Notes: generated by a model from the sequence alone, not told the origin. Counted from the first letter of the stretch, positions 33,037 to 46,844 are shown. The stretch: DNA of 64,000 nucleotides from Paraspadella gotoi (GCA_051294375.1 CM119265.1:17857271-17921270), one strand, 5' to 3'. Translations and numbers: made by a program.

Positions 33037-33610
33037 CGTGACGTCATCGGGATTTTCGCGTCGACGCGTCATTGGCTGCAAAGGAGAGCCAATGACGGAT
33101 GGGAAAAGACGCGGAGGAGGAGAGGAGAGAAATAGGGAGTTTAGGAAGACTGGGGGGGGGGAAGGAGGAAAGCGTTTTGAAAGAGAGGGAAGGTGAGAGA
33201 ACTAAATAGAAAGAAAAGGAAAATGATAAGGGATAGAGAAACGCTTATGATGGAAAAAAATCAAACATATCAAAGAAAAGGAAAGAAAAAAAAAACATTT
33301 CAAAAAAGGACAAAGAGGGCAAACAGTGAACTAAAGTTTTCTTTCATCTTCTGTGGAAGATAGCAGAAGAGAGAAAAAACAGACGAGGGTGAATATTCAG
33401 GTTTTGACTCCTAACATCGTCCGGATATTCCCCACGGCGAATGGATGTCGGGGGGTAGCGAATGGAGGAGAAAAGAAAAGGGCAGTGAGGAAGACGAGAA
33501 AAGGAAAAAAAAATATATAAAGAATCTTCGTCCGTGACGCGAACCGGGTTTCGCGTCGACCGGTGATTGGTCGAGGTTTGGCGCGATTTTCAAGAGGCCG
33601 AACCAATGAG
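33037..33610. promoter_or_regulatory. Promoter-like cluster (CRE, CCAAT boxes, E2F-like site)
   Basis: GTGACGTCA at about 33038, CATTGG at 33070, CCAATG at 33089, GATTGG at 33565, TTTGGCGCG at 33578, CCAATG at 33603. Motif matches only. Confidence 0.3.
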
Positions 33611-33841
33611 AGTGCAAAAAATAAGGGTGAAAGGAGGGGGATATTGGTTAAGTGAAATGGGAAGAAAGAACGAAGCTTTGACGCGTCATTTCCATGATGT
33701 ATCACTGCGCGAAAGTGAAGAAATTCATCGGTAAGAGGGGGGGGCACCGATATTTCATTCTCGTTCAACGAAAATGTGACAAATTTTCCTTAGAATCGGT
33801 TTTAATATTTTCTTAATTTTACGCGATATCTTGGTCGCTCA

Positions 33842-33884
<43 letters not shown>

Positions 33885-35636
33885 TTTGTTACTGTCGTTC
33901 TCGTCATGGACGGAAAGAGTGAAAGCCGACAACACGATCAGGTGACGCGAAAAATGGGGACCAAAGTGAAAGAAAATTTGAATTTGATGGGAGAGAGAGA
34001 GAGAGAGATGAGAGAGAGAGAGACGAGAGGAGAGAGAGAGAGAGAGAGAGAGATGAGAGGAGAGAGACGAGAGAGAGAGAGACACAAACAGACAGACTGA
34101 CTGGCAGCCAGAGGGGAGAATCGGAAACAAACCCAATATGCAAATTCAATGACGTCAGATTTCCCTTCAGAACAAAAGGTGAAGACAGGATAAAAAAAAA
34201 GGAGCCATTTTTTATTTACTTTTCAACTCGAAGAGCGGCCATCTTTATTTTTCTTTTTTTTCCTTTTCTTTTCTTTTCTTTTCTTTTCTTTTCTTTTCTT
34301 TTCTTTTCTTTTCTTTTCTTTTCTTTTCTTTTCTTTTCTTTTCTTTTCTTTTCTTTTTACTTTTATCAAATTTTTTAAATATTGTTGTTATTTTTTTTCT
34401 TTCCTTTTTTTTTCCTTCCTTTCTTGTGCTTCTTCTTCTTCTTCTCTTTCTTTCTTTCTTTCTTTCTTCTTTCTTTCTTTCTTTCTCTTCTTCTTTCTTC
34501 TCTTTCTTTCTTTTCTTTCTTCCTTTTTTCTTTATTTTCGCTTTTTTCCATACTTTACCTATTGCCTTTTTCATTAATCATTACTGCCAAGTCTTATATG
34601 ATTACATTGAACAACTATCAAATTAGATCCTGACTCTTCCGGCACGAATCGCTCTTTCGGTCTCTTCTTATCTCTCAACCGCCAATAGATGTCCCGCGAC
34701 GAAGGACGCCATCAGTCCTCGCGATTTCTAGCGGTGATCGACGTCTCGCCTCGACACGTGAGCTTCGTGCATTCGCACGCTAGTTTGGCGTCTCCCAGTT
34801 AACGCCCCATGATGCCATTTAACTGGATCAACCTTTTGGAAATGTACATGTAAATGGATTTTTGTTGGACTCAAATTTTTTTAAGAATCATTGGCAATAT
34901 CTACTAGGATTAGACTAAAAAACCTTCACAAAAAATGACTAGAGACTAGCGATCACGCCTTTCACCGTTTAAATCGTATGCTGTCGAAATCCCCTACATA
35001 CATCGATCGGTAAAATTGGCAAAATTGTAGTTATTTAGTCGATTGGATCGGTGGAAGATGATAGCCAAGACGGTAACAATAACTCTTTACGGCTCTAAAG
35101 GATAAATCGCGGATAGTGAGCCAAAAGTTGGGTGGCAAAGGTTCAAACGAGGTTCTGGATATTAATACGCCTGGACGAAAAAAGCTAAAATTAATGATAG
35201 AAGAATGTAATACATTTGCTAAAAGCTATTTAGTCGTCGTGAATACAGCGGTGATGGATGTACATCGCTTTTAGTACGATGACCAGTAATGAAGAAGAAA
35301 CAACGAAATTGACAATTTTGGAAAAGCAACGATCGATAATAACCAGGATAAGAATCGTCTATGATGGGATCTTCTTTAATCCGTCGCGACCTTGGATAAG
35401 ANNNNNNNNNNATTATAAACGGATATCGCGCTCGATGATCCCCTTCATCTTTCACAAGCGTCGCCAGTGTGATTCGCTTGGACTCTCACGGCCCCGATTC
35501 TGTGAACCGTCTCGAGACGAAGCCGCTTTTTTTTTACGCGCGTTCATTTTGTGCCTTAGAAGGGACGAGGGTTAAATTTTCCAGTCATTATTTTTTTCTT
35601 CACCACTTATTTTGCCTATTTTAATTTTTTTTTTCT

Positions 35637-35724
<88 letters not shown>

Positions 35725-37295
35725 TTTTTATTTCTTTCTTTTTATATCGAGCTGTCCCAGTGTCCCGTGGCCAGATGTTGGATCTAATTTTTATCATAAA
35801 CATAAAGAACAGCTGGGTGATTTTTTACAAAAGAAGCAGAAATAAGAATTGACGCACTCAAAAACGAAACGCTTGAAATGTGATACTAAGAAAATTCTTT
35901 CTTCTTTCTTTCTCTCTATTTTTTCTCTCTCACTATCTCTTTCTCTTTTACAACACTTTTTCTCCCACTCTCTCTCCCCTACTACGTTAAAACTTTAATT
36001 AAAGTTTTCTTCCTCGTTCCGGATTTATTTCAGACGGAAATTGTGCATATCATTCACGCAACCACAGAAATGTATACGAAGATAATTTTAAAAAAACTTC
36101 ATAATAATTTATACTGGTTATTGCGATGAATTCTAAAAAAATTGAGGTTTGTCCTTTTTCTCGAGCTACACGAGTGTTCTTTTTCTATCTAATTTCAAAA
36201 AGCGACTACAGAGGGTGAAGGAAAAAAAATGAATAAGTGAGGCAGAGAAAACAAAAGAACAGCGAGGTTCGTAAAACAGTTGTCATAGTTCATTTAAAAT
36301 AAATTAAAAAATGGTTGGGAGAATTTGCAAAATATTTCCACTAACGAAAGCATCGCCAGCACCCCGGTTCTCATCGGCTTCTTCCTGCCACTCCCACTGA
36401 ATAATTTCTCATTAAAGATTTTTCATTGTTTTCTCAACGATTTTTTTTTTGAAAGGCAAACATCCCGAAGGTATTTATTTGTTTAATTTTTATTTTCTTA
36501 CTGATTGTATGTAACAGAATTTTAAACAGAAATTCTAGAATCAGGATTTTATGAGTAGTTCACCATATAAAACTATTCAAATCCATTATTTTACCCCAAA
36601 TACTACAAAAAGTTTGAATTTTGCCAAGCATGTTTCGTGCAATAGGTTTATTAATATAAATAAAAGTATAAAGATTAATAAAACTTGAAAAAATTTCCTA
36701 AAAAGTCATTAAAACGTCCGGCTGGCCAATGGAACCTCGCACCGCTTCGTTCGTCAGTTTTGTTCTTTGATTCGATTTTGATATTCGAGCTCAGGCCCGG
36801 AATCCTTGCATCCATTACGGTGATCCCGATCATATTTTTCATTGCGAATTTCAATTCATTCAGAAACCACCAAACCAAACCAAACCACCAAAGAATAATT
36901 TAAGAACAACTAATCGGAAGCGATTGTTCTTTTTGTCTCCCTCTATAAGTCCCTTTTCGGTCGGTCGGACCGTCGGTCCGTCGGTATGTCCAACTTTCGT
37001 TAAAAATGCTCAACTTGCATATGGTTGGTTGCTCATTTGTTAAGACAGGAAAAAACCTCAAATCTAAGCGACTGCTAGCGCCGCCTTCAGGAAATAAAAG
37101 ACCAAAGACAAAAGACAAAATACAAAATTTAGATACAATGCGTGTCATAAATATACGGGCGAAGAAAGTTATGGTAGTCATGTAGTCATGTCATGTTACA
37201 TCGTCATGTCATATAATGTCATGTCATGTCTTGTCACAAAAAATATATGTGATAAGGCAGTCACTGGGGCGCAACACATTTGAATTACGTTCATG

Positions 37296-37330
<35 letters not shown>

Positions 37331-38798
37331 TCTTCTCTCTCTCTCTCTGTCTCCTCTCTCTCTCATCTCTCTCTCTCTCTCTATCTCTCTCCTTCCCTCC
37401 CAAAACTAGAAACAGGTCGTTTGGGTAGGTATTTGGTTGCCATGAGCATTGTTATGAGGAAGAGAAAATCAGAGAAGCGGACACGAGGGAGGAAGAATGA
37501 GGGGAAGGGCGGGAAGTGCAAGAGGCAATCGAGTGATAAATTGGCTTAAAGCAGAAAGAGCAAAGAAGCTGAAAATGGAAAAAAATTGAAGAAAAGTCAA
37601 TTATGAAATTGTGAGGAAAACTAGAGAGAGAGAGAGGGAAAGAGTGGTTTTTGTGGTGGGCCCATCGCCTTTGCTCATACCGTATGTCATTTCTCGTCGT
37701 AGGCAGGAACGAAGTTTTTGCATTAACGTATATAAAATATATAAAATGATGCAATTGATGCGTCATGGCTTATCTCAGTAATTAGTTTCAGAAGAACCTT
37801 TTTTACAGTGATGCTTGAAAAACCTATGTCTTTTTATACTTTTAAACCGGAAACGACCATCCAAGACAGACTTTACCTAAGACATCCACATTTACCAAAA
37901 TAATAAATCGAGCAAATCTATAGCCCAAACAATAGAATGAAAAACGGGACTTTTCAAAAAAAAAGTATAAAAAAGTTTCACGTTTCCTTCAAAATTCATC
38001 ACGTCGAAAATTATTTCGCCCAAAACGCCAGAACGCAGTATCTAGTCAGCAATCGGCCCACGGCTCGTTCGCTAAAAGCTCAAAGAATATCTGTTCCGAC
38101 TTTTTTATCCCTTGCCCTCACGTCTAAATGCTATTCAAAAGTACAAAATTAATTTTACTTTTCCTGAAAAAAACAAAAACATTAATACTAATTTCCTTTT
38201 CCGATTTGAAGAGTGACCGAGAGACGGTTGGCAATCATAGCTTTAGCACGTGCGGTTGGGTGGAGCCGTTAATGACAAGAAGATCCCCCTTTCCCCGACG
38301 CCCCCCCAGTTCCCCCCCCCCATTCTCGTTTGGTGTCGGAAGCCGAGTTTTTCTCCGCTAATTGAAGCCGAGAATCCTTTTCCACGTTTTCGCTACAATT
38401 GTCATTGAATTAATAAGGGAAACAATTTCTTTTCTCTGCTTTTGGATGCCCTTTCAATTCTATTACCTTTTTCGAGTTACTTTTTTTGTTTTCTATCATA
38501 CCATATTTGAAAAATTAGACTTTCCAGTCACATTGCCATGATATCTAATTATAAATATATAATTATAAATAAATAAATATATATAACTTTATTAGTTTAA
38601 ATTAATCGTCTTCGGACTTGAACGGTAAATATTCAAAAAATCTCGTTTAATCGGTTTTCGTGGCTTTAGAATATATAATAAAAATGGATGTGAATATCAA
38701 TGTTCATGATTCTTTTGTTAGGTTTATTTGCTAAACGTCAATTGTTAGGGTAAATTATTTTTAATCAAAGCGACGCTACGTTTCTCCCTAAAACTCAC

Positions 38799-39110
38799 CC
38801 TCTATTGAGGACGAGATGCTGCAGAACTCTCCAACCCGACGCCGACGACGCCGATTTGGACGGCGTCGACGAAAACAACAACGAAAACTGGGTCGACGGC
38901 GCCGCTCGACCGAAACGAAAGCGGAAGCGGCGTCGTCGCGTCGCCGCATCGTCGAGCCGCGCCTTCCGGTCGGAGTTCGACGCCGCCCCCTTTATCGAGG
39001 AGTTGGAGGCGCGTCTAAAGCGACGCCGCCATCGGTTGACGGAATGGCGAGCGGAAGGGAGAGAGGGACGAGGCGTCGACGAGCGGGAGCCCGCGTCGAT
39101 GTTTAGATGC
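38799..39110 (-). CDS. Putative internal exon, Ser/Arg-rich, unknown protein
   Basis: 312 nt between acceptor CCCCACCAG and donor GTGAGT. Open in phase 2-2, which is phase-compatible with the acceptor at 30753. Confidence 0.3.
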
Positions 39111-39394
39111 CTGGTGGGGTTGGTCAAAAGGAAAGGGGAATATTAAGCGGGGTAGCAAAGCAAAGAGTGAAGTATCGCATGGGTAAGTGGTAATAGGCGA
39201 TGTAAATGTAAACTTAAACGTAAGAGTAGCCATATCTCAACGAAGGATTCGTTTTTGTAAAATTCAGAAAATAGAAAAAAAAAGCAGGGAAGGGAAAACA
39301 AGAAGATCAAACATTGTCAAGCATTAAAGAGTCGTTATCCAGTCGGGGATTACAAGTGGCTCTTTCCGTTAAGAGGGAACAGAGGAAAAAAAAA

Positions 39395-39425
<31 letters not shown>

Positions 39426-40340
39426 GAGGAGAGAGAGAGAGAGAAGAGAGAGAGAGAGGGAGAGAGAGAGAGAGAGCGGAAGAGAAGGAAAAAGAAGGAG
39501 CGATATGATTAGCGCACAAAGAGAGAGATGGAGACAAGGAGGAGAAAAAATCTCGGCTTTCGATGATAAGTGGATTTCTTTCCCTACGACTTAGTTTGTA
39601 TAAAGGATACGCTACATACCCTAGAGCCGTTGAAGGGAGCGGGCCATTCGGTGAGGGGGGGACACGTAAAATGGATTAAGCCAGGAATGAAGGGCGGGAA
39701 AAGCCCAGTGATTAACGTGGCATAACTGGCGCCCCGCCATAGAGGAACTCGCTATGGTGCATAGAGAGAGACATCTTGAGGGATTACCATAATTTCTTTT
39801 TTTTTGCGTTCATGCGCTAATTAAAGTAATTAAATTTAAGTTTTGAGAAATGAGTAATTTAATGTATTTGTAGTGACTATAAAAGGCGCCAAGGAAATTA
39901 ATTGGTCTTACGTATATGAATATGAGTTGTTTTCTTTCTGCTAGCCTTGGGCCACTCGAATGAAATTTTTCCCCGAAATCCGAGCTATTCCACGGCAAAC
40001 TGCAGCAATAGCGCAGCACGATTTAATGGAAGTTATAAATTTGAAAAGAAAAGAAACAAAAAAACCTCTTTTTCGGCGTCATCCTTTTCTCGTTTTTCGG
40101 CCAGAATTTTTTCTGAATTTTGACGTTCTCGCCGCGGGGAGCGCTTCTCGGAGTCTCTACCAGCGGCGCCACGGGAAAGGACTCTTCTGTAAAAAAAAAA
40201 GAACAACATATCGGAGAGAAAATATAACGAATAACAAATTTTATTCTTATGTTTGGACGCATAATTTGAGTTAATTGAAAATACTTTTATATCTAATAGT
40301 TATAACAAATACTTTTTTTAAACTTAAAATTTTTTTTTTT

Positions 40341-40859
40341 TCAAAGTGAAATTGTAACAATCGTCCCCTTTCCTGACCAATCCTGACCCGCAGTGAAAGT
40401 CCCATTCACGACTCCCGTCTGCCGTAGACGATAAGGTGGCAGATGATGAGGGTGGGGCGGCAGATGAAGAGGGTGAGGCGGCGGATGTTGCGAAGCTGGT
40501 GACAGATGAAAAGGAGCTGCTTGCTGTCTCCACGGCGGCGGCGTTCTTAGTATGGATCTCCCCGTTTCGTCGACAGATAATGACGTCGACGGCGAGAATG
40601 TGGGTAAGTTCGCGGCGAATGACGTTTCTAGCGCCGGGGAAGTGAAGGACGACGGCGCTGTGGAAATCTGCGAGTATGACGCCGCCGCCCCGGAGCCACT
40701 CACTCTCCGGCGTCGAGGCGTTCCTGGCGGCGCGGGCGCCGGATTCCGTCGTTCGGACTCCGCCTCGGCGCCTCGTCGGTGGCGAAGCGGCGACGATTCG
40801 CCGGGGGTCGTCGGCGCCGACGAGGGGGCGTGGCTGAGGCGAGTGAAGCGATGACCCAT
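40341..40859 (-). CDS. Possible ORF or terminal exon, Pro/Ser/His-rich (172 aa)
   Basis: ATG-initiated open frame in a GC-rich island, followed by AT-rich sequence. No recognisable domain. It is duplicated with frameshifts at about 50590-51080. Confidence 0.25.
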   Translation of the reverse strand: MGHRFTRLSHAPSSAPTTPGESSPLRHRRGAEAESERRNPAPAPPGTPRRRRVSGSGAAASYSQISTAPSSFTSPALETSFAANLPTFSPSTSLSVDETGRSILRTPPPWRQQAAPFHLSPASQHPPPHPLHLPPHPHHLPPYRLRQTGVVNGTFTAGQDWSGKGTIVTISL

Positions 40860-42315
40860 GACGGCGTCGGTAGAGACAAAATGTCAATAGACGATTTCGG
40901 AAACATTCGTTTTTAAAAAAAAAAATGTTTGATACCCTTCGTTTCTTTGTTTCTTAAAATATTTTTGACTTTTTGAAATCAAAAATAAACTCGCCGTTCG
41001 AAAAGTACGCGACGAATCAAAACAGAAAAAGATTTCCGAAAAAGAAAACGGAAGTTCGCGGGTTTTTTTTCTTTTGTTTTTTTTTTTTTAAATATTTTTT
41101 TCTCGACGGCGACGATTCGACCGTCGACGCCTCTCGTCGCCAGGTTTTTTCTTTCGCTCGACAAACCGCGCGGTTCTCCTCTTCCTCTCTTCTCTTCTTC
41201 TCTTCCCGTTCTTATTCTCTTTTTTTTTTTGCCCCCCGCTCCATCTCTCGCTCTCGTCTCGTCTTTTCTCTCCTTTTTTTTTGTTTGCTTCCTCTTAGGT
41301 TGACTTTCCTTTCCTCTCTTTGTCCTTTCCTCCCTTTCCTTTTTTTCCTTTCCTCCGCTTTCCTTTTCCGCTTCCGATTCGTCTGTTCTTCCTTCCTTCC
41401 TACCTTCTTTTTTTTTCTCTTCTTCTTTCTCGGCCTTTGTCTCCTTTTGTTTGCTCTGTATTTTCCCGTTTTTCTCTTTTTCTCCCTATTATTTCTTCGT
41501 CAACGAATTCTTTGTTTCTTCCTCTTTCAGAAATCGAAAGTTGGTTTAATTCTTGAAGCTGCGAAACTTTCAAATTGGCGGAACACGGATGGAATCCTTT
41601 GCTTTATAATGCATAGTTTATCTCAACAATCTCATCGACAGATGGCACGTTTTCAAGGGGTAAAACACAATGTCTCCGGAGTATATAGATTAAACATACA
41701 AATTGTACATTATTACAATAAAGAGTCTATACGAAAGCAAATTAATCAAGACGACATCTATGCTGCATTAATTAAAAATACTTACAACATTTAAGAATTA
41801 TTTTAGGTTGCACTATTTACAAATATTTACAGCGTTATAGTTTGTACTATAATTTCATCCCTACAATATTATATGCGATTTTATTCGAATACAACGAGGT
41901 TGATTCAGTACAATCATCATCAACAAACAAACAAACAAAGATAGACTAAGTCTAAGCAAAAAAAAAAAAAACAATTATAAAATAGAGAGAAAAAACAGTT
42001 AATTAAATAAAATTAATTAATTAAAATTTAATATTGGTCAGTCCATTTATTATAAATAAAAAATAATCTATTAATCATAAAATTTACTTATAAAGTTTAA
42101 ACATATAAAGGTTATGAATAGTTGTAAACTGATTAGTGAGGACAACGCGCGACGCGGCGAGAATTTTCATTGAAAACCCCTGTAGGGATTTTTACGATTG
42201 TTTTTCCTTTCGAGGGGAAAGATGTCGCGGGAGATTCGCGGCAGCGCGGGATGATTTGTTTGTTTATTTAACCTTTAGATGGAGATGGGAACATCAATGG
42301 CGTTTNNNNNNNNNN

Positions 42316-42482
42316 CTCAAAAATTAACTTATCAACTTCAACTGCAATTTTAAAAAAAACTGAGTTTGGACAAATTTTTCGACTTAGCCTAAGCTCTTGT
42401 CCAGACAGCAACCTTTCAGGTTTTTATCATTCCAGAGATGGTATATTTCCATTTTCTTTTTCCTCCTATAAAAAGAACCGTG
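42316..42482. mobile_element. Probable DNA-transposon end (Transib-like terminus), present only in copy 1
   Basis: Sequence absent from copy 2 (empty site at about 52757). It ends ...AACCGTG, i.e. CACGGTT on the minus strand, and is followed by GCGAG. The left end is lost in the N gap. Confidence 0.4.
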
Positions 42483-42646
42483 GCGAGTGTACCTTAGTAG
42501 TCCTCAGGTTTTGATTCCAAGTAATCCATAAATCCGAGAGCACGGAGGCAGTATATTGGTTTTTAAAGCCGATTTTACTTTGGAGCGTGAAAAGTGAAAA
42601 CGTTTCAAATTTCCGGAGCTGAGAATTTCTTTTTCACTTATCAGAT

Positions 42647-42683
<37 letters not shown>

Positions 42684-43052
42684 TTTCTTTCTTTCTTTTT
42701 TCTTTCTTTCTTCTTTCTTTTTCTTTCTCTTTTTCTTTCTTTCTTTTTTTCTGTCTTTCTTTTTTTTTTTTTTACTTATTTCTTCTTTCTTTCTTTTTTC
42801 TTTATCCTCGTTATTTCAATCTTCTTTTTTTATTTAATCTTTCTTTTTTATTAACATTTTATTATTTCTTTTTTTATTTTTGAGATATTCATTCAATTCG
42901 GCAAAGCAAACAAGCAAAGCAGACTTCCCATAAGAAGTATATCTCGTGGGTTCAGAGTCAAGTCTCTTCCACGTTAAGAAGATAACGACTTTACCGTAGA
43001 ACTACGGCCTTACCTTAAAAAAAAACCAGACCCTACTTTCAAAATTATCAGC

Positions 43053-46000
43053 ATGGAAGCCTCTCGGAACCGGGCCCATACTTCCGGAGAAGAGGGTCAT
43101 AGGGTAAGTACCGCTTGGTTCGCGAATAAAGAGGGTGAGGAAAAAATAAAAATAGTTATCGAGTGAAGACTGGCTTTCGAGTGAATCTGACATAGAGTAA
43201 TCTGACGTTGCGTGACCCACCCTTCTCATCTTGAAGCAAACTGTCAGTCAAAACGCGAACATGTCGTCCAACGCGACTCCTTACCTCCGCGCCCTGATCG
43301 CTCAAACCTTGCGCGAGAGAGGGGAGCTGGAGTGGAGCGACCTGCCACCGATTCCCGTTCCGGAAGCGGACCTCAAGGACGAGAACACCCGCACGCTTTT
43401 TGGTCAGGCTCGATATTTTCTTTTTTTAAGGGGGGGGTTTACTTTATTTTTATGGGTAACTCTTCTTTTCAGCGCGTAATCGCCACGCCGCTGAGAACAT
43501 CGTGGAATTCAGTCACGTGACTCAGGAATGGACGCGTCACGCGGAAATCCCGCAGCTGCACGTTCATCTCGACATGGACGGACGCATGGTGCACGTAGAG
43601 TCGGACGAAAGTAAAAGATCGTCGGAATCGTCGAACAAAGATGCCGTCATGGCGATGACCCTTGGAGGTTGGTCTGGCTAGGGGAGTTGGACGTTCTTCT
43701 TTCAACCCAAAGGTGTCGCCTTCGCGCCTGCCCGAATCGTATCGTTATCAATCAAAAACACATTTAATCAAAAAAAACAAAAGACTATCAAAAACAAAAC
43801 CAATGACAATCACAACTGTCCCCCTCAGGCGGAGAAGACCACGAGGACGGCGCCGTGGAGACTGGCCCCGTCAAACGCCTCGTCAACAAATTCAACTTCG
43901 CCGAAAGAGATCAGCAGACGTTCAACCTCCCGATGCGGGACAAGCACACGCAGACTGACCCGCCGGGTAAGTACGTGCGGACAAGTTCGACCATGCCGTC
44001 TAGCCCCGTGCTGATCAACTCCCCCCGCTCCTGGCAGCCCGCGCCACCTTCAGCGCGACGGCCAACTGCTGGGAGATCTACGACGCCTACAAGGCGGGGC
44101 CGCTCAACGAGGACGACGAGGAAGAGGAGGAGGAAGTGAAGCCGCCCATTGGAGGGGACGATGAGGATGAAGACGAAGATGAGTCGGCCTCGGAGGAGGA
44201 GGGGGAGAAGGACGAGGGATTACAAGTTCCATCGGGTAAGTTTATGGGTCTTTCTAGGGTAAGGATTGTCGGGGTCGATTTAAAGTGATTCCGAAATGAC
44301 AAGAAGCGGCTGAAAATAAATTACTACAGTGCGGTAGAATGGTGTTTTTTTTAACCGTAATTTGAATTTTTAATTCAATATTATAATCATTTATGCTTTT
44401 TTTTACTCGATCCCCCAGACGTGCTGGCCAAGGTGTCGACGGCGGTGAAGATCGTGGAGCGCATGGTGATCCAGAACACCTCGGACGAAGTCTCCCTCGA
44501 CTTCAAGTACTACGAAGACGCCGCCGACGATTGTCGCGAAGGCGGCGACGGGACGCTCCTGCCGCTCTGGAAGTTCAATTACGAAAAGGCCAAGTCTCTA
44601 TCCGTCACCGGAATGAGTTGGAATTTGAGGTAAGATTTCGTTTTTGGTTTGAAAAGAGATTTATTTTCAAGTTTTTTTTTCGTTGTTTTAAAGTTTAATA
44701 CTAAAAGTTAAAATATAGTTACTTGAAAAACAATATCTCTTGTTGATTTTAGCAGTTTTATCAAAAGTGAATTTCATTGATTTTCCCGTTTGCTAGATCT
44801 GAAGACACTTTGTCCGGACCGATTCCTATTTAGCACTGTCTTGCTCATTCACTAATTTCCACACGCTTTTCTCCAGGTACCCCGATCTCTTCGCCGTGAC
44901 CTACGGCTCGTACAACGCGTCCAAGCTAAAAAAAGGTCTGCTCTGCCTGTTCTCGCTGAAAAATCCCTCGTATCCCGATTACTGCTACCACCTGGAGAAG
45001 AGCGCCATGTGCGTCGATATCAACCTGGTCGATCCGCACTTACTCGCCGTTGGGTTCCAGGCGAGTCGGGAGAGGGAATGGTAGCGGTCTTGAATATTTT
45101 TACTTTGTTATTAGTTTGTTAGTAGAGAAAAGCAAAGTTTTCAGAATCTTTTTTAAAATAAATTCGTTGTAAAACATTCGAAAAACTTTGCTTTTCTCTA
45201 CTTTGTAACTTAAAAGTTTGTAAATAAATATCTTAAATAGAAAAAAAAAGAGATAAAAATCATTGGTGTTCAGGACGGTAGCGTGGGCGTCTTCAACGTA
45301 GGCCTCAAGACAACGAAGCCAATCTACTTCTCCAAGGCCAATCTAAAGAAGCATTTCGATCCCGTCTGGCAGCTTAAATGGTTGTTTATGTTTAAACTAA
45401 ACCTTTTTTTTTTTAAGTTATGAAATAACATATTGGTTCGTTTGTTAGGCAAGATGTGGACATCGACGGGATGCGGAACTTCATTTCGGTTTCCACCGAC
45501 GGACGTATCAACTGTTGGACGCTGCAAAGGTGAGGGATGTTGCCAGGGTAAGGGATGATTCAGTAATAAGAGATTCTTTCATAAAGTTGCTTTTATTATC
45601 TCATGTTTTGATCGTCATGAAATGACGAGATTGATTTTCAATTCGTTTCCAGATCCGAAATACTGAAGCAAGAGATGATCAAATTATACCTCGGCAAAGA
45701 TCCGGTCGAGAATTTCGACGGCACGCACCTGTTCAACTACGCTTGTTGCACCTGCTTCGCCTTTCACAGGATGGACCCTTTTCTGTATTTGGTTGGCACG
45801 GAATCGGGCGAAGTCTTTTACTGCTCCAAGGTGTACCGATCAAATCTTTACGAATGCAAAAAAAATAAATGAGTATTAAATGGTTTTATTTTCCTTCGCA
45901 GGGCTACAGCTACGATGTTCAAAAGGTGATAGTGCACCACCACATGTCCGTCAACGCCATCCAGTGGAGTCCGTTCCACAAGGACCTGTACTTGACGGGG

Positions 46001-46844
46001 GCCAGCGACTGCGGTCTCAAGATTTGGGACAGGACGCGACCAGATCCCATCTTCTCCTTCGAACTCTCGGGACCCGTGGCCGACGTCTGTTGGGCTCCTT
46101 ACAGCGGCACCATTTTCGGAGCTTGTACCGAAGAAGGAAAGGTGAATGAAAAAATAATATAAGTTATTATTTTTTTACCAATCTACTTCTATAAAGGCTT
46201 TTCCTACGTATTTACTATATTTAATCAGATGATGATATTTCATCTTCTTGTTTTTAATTCAATTTTAATTGAATGTCTCGTAGGTTTACATCTTTGACTT
46301 GAACGTGAACAAGTTCGAGCCCATCTGCCAACAAGCCGTCGTTCAGAAGAAAAAGGCCAAGTTGACTCATTTCGAGTTTAACCCGATCCATCCCATCGTT
46401 CTATGCGGCGACGACAAGTCAGATAATTTGTTCAGTTTAAACTTTAAATTTAATTAACTATCGGTTTCTCCAATACTTTTTACTTATAGAACTACAGCAA
46501 TCATCACGATATCTAATTAACTATTTAAGTTTAGAAAAAGGGGCCAAAGGGGCATTGTGACCAATGAGAAAATAACAATCGGTCACGTGTTAACCTAAAG
46601 CCGATTTTTTTTGGTAAAATGAATAATGCAAGTCGGATGCCCTTTATTTCCATCTGCCCTTCAATATCCTTATCTCTTCAGAGGCAACTTGATCTCGCTC
46701 AAGCTCTCCCCCAATCTCCGCAAAAAGCCAAAGCTGAAGAAGAACGAGGTCATTCACGACGTCCCGAAGTTCGAGCTGGACAAGTTGATGAAGGTTTTGA
46801 CTCTGGTGGTCGAGCCGCCCACCTCAACCATCATCGTCGATTGA
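43053..46844 (+). CDS. DNAI1: Dynein axonemal intermediate chain 1 (outer-arm WD40 intermediate chain)
   Basis: Hand-spliced exons: 43053-43103, 43237-43402, 43473-43667, 43829-43966, 44038-44235, 44419-44629, 44877-45060, 45274-45380, 45449-45529, 45653-45830, 45902-46141, 46284-46417, 46682-46844. They total 2046 nt in frame (681 aa). DNAI1 motifs: [84 protein letters not shown]. The first exon is the least certain. Confidence 0.93.

Noticed and set aside
35420-35575. Possible piggyBac-like end (GGGTTAA)
   Set aside because: No matching left end or terminal inverted repeat is visible, and the neighbouring sequence is interrupted by a gap.
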